Below, one piece after another: positions 40,457 to 46,183 of a stretch of 46,183 bases of DNA (its first letter is position 1; each line of letters starts with the position of its first letter). The stretch is from the IMG/VR virus record IMGVR_UViG_3300050133_000017, positions 1 to 46,183 of that record; one strand, 5' to 3'. Made by a program: the position numbers and the translations under genes. Under the pieces are notes generated by a model. That model was given only the letters and a program-made list of their open reading frames with translations, searched no databases and was not told where the DNA came from. The stretch is from a virus.

Positions 40457-41229
40457 TGATTAAGCGCCGCCGCGCAGTTCTGCCCGACTTCAAGCCAAAC
40501 GCTGGAGTCCGGGCAGAATACCGTGCAGAACTGAACCGGCTATTGCGCGAAGCCCGCAATGAGGTCGTCGCGGCTGTCGCCGACTATTGGCAAGCGCCGC
40601 AGCCTGTCGCCATGGATGCCGCCCATGACTTCCTTGGCCGAATGATTGATAAGGTCATCGGCAAATGGATGACCAGCCTGGATACCCTCCCCCAGCAGAT
40701 TGCCAAGAAATTCGTCGGCCAGACCAAGGCCGGATTGGATCGCAACCTTAGTGCGGCCCTGAAGAAGTCTGGCTTCACTGTTGACCTTCAGCTCACCGAC
40801 TTCACCCGTCAAGCCATGCGCGAATCGGTCGGCATGAACGTTGGCCTGATCAAATCCATCCCTGGCGAGTACCTGGGCGACGTGCAGAAATACGTCTGGG
40901 AATCGGTAGAAGCTGGCTTCGATCTCAAAACATTGACCGACAACCTCGACCACGCCTATCATATCGGCAGAAACCGCTGCAAGCTGATTGCGCGAGATCA
41001 GGCAAACAAGGTGCATGCCGTCATGGAGCAGGCTCGACGCAAAGAGCTTGGCATCAAAGAGGCCATCTGGCGCCACTCGGCAGCAGCGAAAGAGCCGCGT
41101 AAATCACACGTAGCTGCTGACGGCAAAAAGTTTGACATTGAAAAAGGGATGTACTTGGATGGTAAGTGGGTATTGCCAGGCCAGGAGATCAATTGCGGTT
41201 GCACCTCTAAGGCAGTTCTTGAATGGTAA
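40453..41229 (+). CDS. Head morphogenesis protein (Mu F / SPP1 gp7-like)
   Basis: C-terminal motif WRHSAAAKEPRKSHVAADGKKF...GQEINCGC. ATGA coupled to the portal gene. Confidence 0.7.
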   Translation: MMIKRRRAVLPDFKPNAGVRAEYRAELNRLLREARNEVVAAVADYWQAPQPVAMDAAHDFLGRMIDKVIGKWMTSLDTLPQQIAKKFVGQTKAGLDRNLSAALKKSGFTVDLQLTDFTRQAMRESVGMNVGLIKSIPGEYLGDVQKYVWESVEAGFDLKTLTDNLDHAYHIGRNRCKLIARDQANKVHAVMEQARRKELGIKEAIWRHSAAAKEPRKSHVAADGKKFDIEKGMYLDGKWVLPGQEINCGCTSKAVLEW

Positions 41230-42386
41230 ACAGACACATAGCCTTCGATGAATCGGTACGCTCAATTGATGAGAGCGGGCATCTGCGCATCGCAAAAACA
41301 GTTATCAGCAAAGCCCAGGTTGATCCGTACTTCGGTCGCGAGATCCCAGGCTTTGATGCGATGGGCCTTGAGCCCGACCGCATTTATCAGATGTTGCGAG
41401 ACCCTTCCGAGCTGGAGAAGTCCGCAGATACCGCAAAGGGCAAGCAGATCCTCTTCAAGCACGTCTATGTCGACTCCAAGACTCCAGAAAAAGAGCTCAC
41501 CGTTGGCGCTATCGGCTCCGACGTGACGTATGAGGATGGCAAGCTTTATGCTGACCTGACCTTCTGGGATGATGAGGCAATCTCGCTCATCGACTCGGAA
41601 AAAATGGAGCAGCTGTCATACTCCTACTACTTCGACCCTGTTATGACGCCAGGGGATTTTGAAGGCGTTGCATTTGATGGCGTCATGCGCAACATCCACG
41701 GCAACCACCTCGCACTGGTTGAGCGTGGTAGAATCGGTCGGGACGCAGTAATTAGCGACTCACTACCCCTTGAAATGAGGTTGAATATGAAACTCAAGAA
41801 AGGCGCTTTGGCGCTGATTACTGCCCGGTTGCGTGCGACTGCGCAAGACGGTGTTACACCGGAACTTGAAAAGGCTCTGCGCGCCATTGTTGGCGATGCC
41901 GAGATGGACAAGGTTGCTGGCGAGCTGGGTGCCGATGAGGCCCCGGAAGATCTGGCCGCCAAGGATGAAGATCCGAAGCCGCCGGAAACCGCTGACGACG
42001 AAGATGAAGGCAAGAAAGCCGACGCCGAGCGCAAGCGCCTGGAAGAAGAAGATAAGGACGACAAGGACGCGAAGAGGGACGACAAACGCGCTACTGCTGC
42101 TGATGCCGACTCTATCGCTGCCGCTGTCGGCGCCCGTCTGGAAGGCAAATATGCCGCCCGTGATGCCGTAGAACCGCTGATTGGACGCATCGCAATGGAT
42201 GGTTTTACTGACGCCAAGTCGATCTACGCTTATGCCCTGAAGCAAAAAGGCATCGCCTGCGACGGTATCAACGAAGCCGGTCTGAAGGCCTTGGTCACCA
42301 TGCAGCGTGACACCAAGCCTGCTCAGCGTGACGTAGTTCACGACTCGGCGCCAACCGACTATACCCGCCGCTTCAAGCAGGCATAA
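41223..42386 (+). CDS. Scaffold / prohead-maturation protein (DUF2213-like by eye) with an acidic low-complexity linker
   Basis: 387 aa, with a D/E/K-rich stretch EDPKPPETADDEDEGKKADAERKRLEEEDKDDKDAKRDDK. Position before the capsid gene. Confidence 0.55.
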   Translation: MVNRHIAFDESVRSIDESGHLRIAKTVISKAQVDPYFGREIPGFDAMGLEPDRIYQMLRDPSELEKSADTAKGKQILFKHVYVDSKTPEKELTVGAIGSDVTYEDGKLYADLTFWDDEAISLIDSEKMEQLSYSYYFDPVMTPGDFEGVAFDGVMRNIHGNHLALVERGRIGRDAVISDSLPLEMRLNMKLKKGALALITARLRATAQDGVTPELEKALRAIVGDAEMDKVAGELGADEAPEDLAAKDEDPKPPETADDEDEGKKADAERKRLEEEDKDDKDAKRDDKRATAADADSIAAAVGARLEGKYAARDAVEPLIGRIAMDGFTDAKSIYAYALKQKGIACDGINEAGLKALVTMQRDTKPAQRDVVHDSAPTDYTRRFKQA

Positions 42387-42397
42387 GGAGTATCTCA

Positions 42398-42865
42398 ATG
42401 AGCTTTCAAACCGGTTTGAACCGTGATCTTCCACGCGGCGTGGCGGGCGACTTCGCTTCGACCAACCCGCGCAATTCCATCCTGGCTGGCGAAGCTGCTC
42501 TGGTAGCTGGCGAACCGCTCACTGTCGGCCAGTTCGCTTTCGCTGACCTGGCAACCGGAAAGGTCTGGAAAGTGTTCGCCGCTGGCCGTGTTATCGGCTT
42601 TGTGCATCGCAACAATCAAGCGGTTGTTCCGCTGGGCCAGGCTGCCAGCATGACCATCCCGACTGGCAAGGAAGTGGCCCTGTTCTCTAACGGCGACTTC
42701 TACGCTGTTGCGCCTGCCGTGGTGGCTCCCGGTGACGCCGTTTACGCGGTAAGTGCAACTGGCGCTGTAGGTGCGGTCGCTACCGATTCGCAGGCAACCA
42801 ACTTCAAATTTGCCGAGGCCGCCGCATCTGGTGCCCTGGTGAAAATCACTCGTTTCTCGATCTAA
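42398..42865 (+). CDS. Head accessory (decoration/cement-like) protein
   Basis: 155 aa, GGAG RBS. It lies between the scaffold and the major capsid genes. Confidence 0.4.
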   Translation: MSFQTGLNRDLPRGVAGDFASTNPRNSILAGEAALVAGEPLTVGQFAFADLATGKVWKVFAAGRVIGFVHRNNQAVVPLGQAASMTIPTGKEVALFSNGDFYAVAPAVVAPGDAVYAVSATGAVGAVATDSQATNFKFAEAAASGALVKITRFSI

Positions 42866-42875
42866 GGGGGCAAAC

Positions 42876-43892
42876 ATGAACCTGCACGATTTGCAGCAAA
42901 ACGCGGGCATTGTGTTCGCCACCGGCTACGCGCCGAACGTACTGAGCGTTCAAGAGCGCTCGCGCATGGAGGGTGAGCTGCGTCGTGTTGCGTTCGACGC
43001 CGCGCCACTGCTTACTGCGCCCAACGCCGGTATCCTGTCGCTGTTCACTACCTACGTGGACCCTCGCGTAATCGATGTTCTGGTTGAGCCGATGAAGGCC
43101 GCCCAGATCTTCGGCGAGACCAAGAAAGGCAGCTGGACCGACGACTTCCTGCAATTCCCACTCGCCGAATCGACCGGTGAGACTTCGTCCTACGACGACT
43201 TCTCCGAAAACGGCATGGCGAACACCAACGTCAACTGGGAAACCCGTGACACGTACTACTACCAGACCATCATCGAGCTGGGCGAGCGTGAAGTTGAGCG
43301 TGCCGGTGCTGCGAAGCTGGACTGGGTGGCACGCAAGCAGATCTCCGCAGCTCTGACGCTGAACAAGTTCCAGAACAAAACCTACTTCTACGGCGTTGCC
43401 GGCCTGCGCAACTGGGGCATCCTGAATGACCCGTCGCTGCTGCCATCGGTAACGCTTCCGACGTGGGTTGGCGCTGACGGCCAGATCGTTTACAACGGCA
43501 TTGCCCAGATCTACGGTCAACTGGTTTCGCAGACTGCTGGCCTGATCGACCGCAGCACTCCGATGATTCTGCTGATGTCGCCACAGGCTGAAGCGGCGTT
43601 CACCCGTACCAACCAGTACAACGTGAACGTGAACGATCAGATCACCAAGAACTTCCCGAACCTGGAAATTCAAACGGCTCCGGAGATGTCGACCGATGCC
43701 GGTGAAGTGATAAAGCTGATCGTGAAAAACTACGAGGGTGTTGACACCGTAGAGCCGACTTTTACCGAGAAGATGCGCGTGCATCCGATGGTTCTCGGCC
43801 TGTCGAGCTGGCGTCAAAAGCGTTCTCAGGGTACTGTGGGCACCATCATCTACCGCCCGATCTTCGTCGCCAGCGCCCTGGTGCAGATCTAA
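42876..43892 (+). CDS. Major capsid protein
   Basis: 338 aa, AAGGGGG RBS. Position fits, and a GC-rich hairpin follows. Confidence 0.75.
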   Translation: MNLHDLQQNAGIVFATGYAPNVLSVQERSRMEGELRRVAFDAAPLLTAPNAGILSLFTTYVDPRVIDVLVEPMKAAQIFGETKKGSWTDDFLQFPLAESTGETSSYDDFSENGMANTNVNWETRDTYYYQTIIELGEREVERAGAAKLDWVARKQISAALTLNKFQNKTYFYGVAGLRNWGILNDPSLLPSVTLPTWVGADGQIVYNGIAQIYGQLVSQTAGLIDRSTPMILLMSPQAEAAFTRTNQYNVNVNDQITKNFPNLEIQTAPEMSTDAGEVIKLIVKNYEGVDTVEPTFTEKMRVHPMVLGLSSWRQKRSQGTVGTIIYRPIFVASALVQI

Positions 43893-43899
43893 ACCGTTC

Positions 43900-43919
43900 G
43901 GCGGGGCTTCGGCCCCGCC
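43900..43919 (+). terminator. GC-rich UUCG-tetraloop hairpin after the capsid gene (partial terminator or mRNA stabiliser)
   Basis: GGCGGGGC-ttcg-GCCCCGCC. There is no U-tract after it. Confidence 0.45.
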
Positions 43920-43937
43920 CACTCAAGGAGTTAGACA

Positions 43938-44288
43938 ATGTCCACTGTGACTATCGGCTGCAAACTGCCTAACGGCATTTTCATGCAACAAGGCGAGACT
44001 CGCGTACGAATCAATGGCTGGAACAACAACACCATCCAGGGATTGGCTCACGGCATCACCTACGACGTCCCTGCCGACCTGTGGGAATCCTGGAGCAAAG
44101 AACACGCAGAATCCAAGCTCGTCACCAACGGCCTGATCTTCGCTGAAGAAACTTCCCGCAAGGCTAAGGACAAGGCCAAGGATCTGAAGGATCAGAAGTC
44201 CGGCCATGAGCAGCTGCCGCAGATCAAAGTGACCGACAAAGCTGGCGCTCTGGGCGGTTCCGAAGATCACCAAGATCGCAGCAAATAA
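43938..44288 (+). CDS. Hypothetical head-associated protein (116 aa)
   Basis: AAGGAG RBS. Confidence 0.55.
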   Translation: MSTVTIGCKLPNGIFMQQGETRVRINGWNNNTIQGLAHGITYDVPADLWESWSKEHAESKLVTNGLIFAEETSRKAKDKAKDLKDQKSGHEQLPQIKVTDKAGALGGSEDHQDRSK

Positions 44289-44289
44289 C

Positions 44290-44748
44290 ATGGATGAAGT
44301 CGTAGTCTTCGACCCAGTTGATTTTCTGGCTCTGTACCCGAAAATCACGGCAACCGATGCTCAGCTTGAAGACTACTTCGCCATGGCTGAGACATTCCTG
44401 GACAACACCAAATGCAGCATCGTGAAGGATTTGAAATCCCGCAAGCGCATGCTGTATTTGCTGGTGGCGCACATCGCCACCCTCACGGGGCAAGCCGAGG
44501 CAGGGAACAACGTCGTTGGCCGGATCTCCACGGCTACTGAAGGCAGCGTGTCTGTTGGCCTGGACTACGGCACCATGGGCAACAATGAGCGCTGGTATCT
44601 CCAGACTCCATGGGGAGCGATGTACTGGCAGCTGACCAAGAAGTATCGGTCGGCTGTTTACCGAATGGGTATCGCACCTATGCCGGTCCAACGCACCTAT
44701 GTGAACCAGCAGTATGATTCTGCTGGCCGTCTTGTTGGCGAGGGCTGA
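44290..44748 (+). CDS. Head-tail adaptor-like protein (DUF4054-like by eye)
   Basis: 152 aa (MDEVVVFDPVDFLALYPKIT...). Position after the capsid genes. Confidence 0.45.
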   Translation: MDEVVVFDPVDFLALYPKITATDAQLEDYFAMAETFLDNTKCSIVKDLKSRKRMLYLLVAHIATLTGQAEAGNNVVGRISTATEGSVSVGLDYGTMGNNERWYLQTPWGAMYWQLTKKYRSAVYRMGIAPMPVQRTYVNQQYDSAGRLVGEG

Positions 44749-44750
44749 TC

Positions 44751-45299
44751 ATGACCAAGCTCACCGAAATGCTGGAAAAGTACAAGGATGGCGGCCCTTC
44801 CAGGATGAAAGTGGGCATCATGGGTGATAAGACTTATCCGGATGGCGAAAAACTGTCGTTTGTTGGATACGTGAACGAATACGGCTACAAGGGCGTTATC
44901 CCGGGCCGCAAGCAGTCTATTTTTCACGCCGTGGACAAAGAAGGAAATATGAAGTTTGACGGTCGCTTCGTGAAAAAGGCCAAGTCAAACCTTGAGCGAA
45001 TTGTTGACGTTCCTGAATACACGCTGAATATTCCTTCGCGCCCGTTCTTCAGGTCCGCCATTGCAAAAAACAGCGAAGAGTTGAAAGAGATCATCGCCAA
45101 GGCTGTAAAGAAAGGCGGCGTAGAGTATGCGCTGAGAATCGCAGGCGAGTTTATGACTGACGCGTTGAAAGATTCGGTCATGACATGGACTGACCCGCCT
45201 AACGCCAAGAGCACGATCCGCGACAAGGGCTACAACGCCCCGCTGCGAGGAAAGGACAAGCTATTGCGCAACTCGTTCAGCTATGAGATCGAAGAATGA
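44751..45299 (+). CDS. Head-tail joining/neck protein (putative)
   Basis: 182 aa. Call is from position only. Confidence 0.4.
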   Translation: MTKLTEMLEKYKDGGPSRMKVGIMGDKTYPDGEKLSFVGYVNEYGYKGVIPGRKQSIFHAVDKEGNMKFDGRFVKKAKSNLERIVDVPEYTLNIPSRPFFRSAIAKNSEELKEIIAKAVKKGGVEYALRIAGEFMTDALKDSVMTWTDPPNAKSTIRDKGYNAPLRGKDKLLRNSFSYEIEE

Positions 45300-45703
45300 T
45301 CAATGTTCGCTCCCTGGCAAACATGGCCACGCAAAACGTCAATCCGAACATGGTGGTCACTCTTGAGGTGAATACCGGCTTCACGGTAGACGACTATGGG
45401 CGGCAGATTCCTTCGTTTGAATCCCAGCTGATCACCGTTCAGACTCAATCCCTTCGCTCAAGCGAGAAATACAACCTCGACCTGAATAGCCGTCAGGGAG
45501 AATTCATCTCGATCTATGCCTACGGATCGATTGATGGCATTCGCCGCTGGCTGCAAAAAGGGTCATCCAAGTTCATCTTTCCAGCGTATGGCGAGCTTGA
45601 TCCGGCTGTCTGGATGGTTGATCAGGTGGTTGAATCGTTTGCCACCTGGACGCGGGTTATTGCCTGGCGTGCCGACCCTATTCCAGCGCCGACCGGGGAT
45701 TGA
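45296..45703 (+). CDS. Neck/tail-completion module protein (putative)
   Basis: ATGA coupling. 135 aa. Confidence 0.4.
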   Translation: MINVRSLANMATQNVNPNMVVTLEVNTGFTVDDYGRQIPSFESQLITVQTQSLRSSEKYNLDLNSRQGEFISIYAYGSIDGIRRWLQKGSSKFIFPAYGELDPAVWMVDQVVESFATWTRVIAWRADPIPAPTGD

Positions 45704-45705
45704 TC

Positions 45706-46183
45706 ATGGCAACCCTTAAAGTCACGCACCAAGACATCTACAAGGACATCCGTGGCTTCTTGCTGGGCCTGTTCCCTGGTGCAGAAAAACAGATTATTCA
45801 GGCAATCCAGAATAACGAACCGCTACCCCACAACGCGGTCGTGATGAACGTCCTGTTCTCCGACAACTTCGATACCGCCGTCGTGACAAATCTCCCGCCT
45901 ACCGAGGCCGCGATTCAGAACTCTGTAGAGGTCCGGTTGCAACTGGACTTCTACGGCCAAAACGCCGAAGCTCGCAGTCGTGTCGTGAGCAACCTGTGGC
46001 GTACTAATTATGCTTGCGAGCGTCTTTTAGTCTGTCAACCGCTATACGTTCAGTCGTATAATCGTCACCCATACGTGAACGACTCCAACCAGTACGAAGA
46101 TCGCTGGATAATCGACGTTGGACTGCAATACAATCCTCAGGTAAACGTTGCGCAGGATTTTGCTGATTCCGCGCTGATCACCA
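45706..46183 (+). CDS. N-terminal part of the junction-spanning structural protein (continues at 1..147)
   Basis: ATG 45706 lies 2 nt after the upstream stop. The frame is open to the window end and continues in frame through the 127-nt overlap. Confidence 0.7.
   Translation, partial: MATLKVTHQDIYKDIRGFLLGLFPGAEKQIIQAIQNNEPLPHNAVVMNVLFSDNFDTAVVTNLPPTEAAIQNSVEVRLQLDFYGQNAEARSRVVSNLWRTNYACERLLVCQPLYVQSYNRHPYVNDSNQYEDRWIIDVGLQYNPQVNVAQDFADSALIT
46057..46183. repeat. Terminal overlap, right copy
   Basis: Identical to nt 1-127. Confidence 0.95.

Noticed and set aside
41627-43922. Long minus-strand ORFs (196, 223, 175 and 358 aa) opposite the scaffold, decoration and capsid genes
   Set aside because: Same shadow-ORF pattern. 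They contradict the continuous, RBS-supported plus-strand head module.

Overview
**Overview.** The window is a complete, circularly closed genome of a contractile-tailed dsDNA phage. Nt 1-127 are identical to nt 46057-46183, so the unique length is 46,056 bp. One structural gene (45706..46183 joined to 1..147) spans the junction.

**Layout.**
1. Rightward late arm (promoter 35412, through the junction, to 13949). It encodes small and large terminase, portal, a MuF-like head protein, scaffold, major capsid and connectors. It continues with sheath, tube, a chaperone pair with a -1 frameshift site, a tape measure with a muralytic domain and an EF-hand loop, a Mu-like baseplate, a repeat-containing tail fibre and a lysis cassette.
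2. Leftward early arm (about 33586 down to 13992). It holds about 45 mostly small, translationally coupled genes. A family of near-consensus sigma70-type promoters (TTGACATA-N17/18-GATTAT or TATTAT) and intrinsic terminators cut it into modules.
   - Recognisable replication and recombination functions: SF2 helicase, Sak4-like ATPase, PD-(D/E)XK exonuclease, VRR-NUC, MmcB-like nuclease, AP2-domain protein.
   - Accessory genes: an atypical CsrA-family protein, a pentapeptide-repeat protein, a ParB-like protein and several small Zn-ribbon proteins.
   - A short rightward island (25424-26745) encodes an HTH protein and a DnaG-type primase.
3. A 1.43 kb ORF-free control region (33590-35025). It contains the leftward early promoter and an ori-like element: an iteron array plus a large inverted repeat around an AT-rich core. 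It also contains a strong rightward promoter driving about 1 kb of noncoding RNA that carries one tRNA-Trp(CCA)-like gene.

I found no integrase, CRISPR array or rRNA.

**Best candidates for something undescribed.**
- The promoter-driven 1 kb noncoding, structured RNA locus.
- The insertion-bearing CsrA homologue followed by a 28-aa hydrophobic micro-ORF.
- The structured attenuator-like element at 22381-22493.
- An antisense-oriented copy of the family promoter at 16901-16930.

**Limits.** All protein family calls come from reading motifs in the translations by eye. No database search, HMM or RNA folding program was run. Promoter and terminator calls are sequence-pattern inferences.
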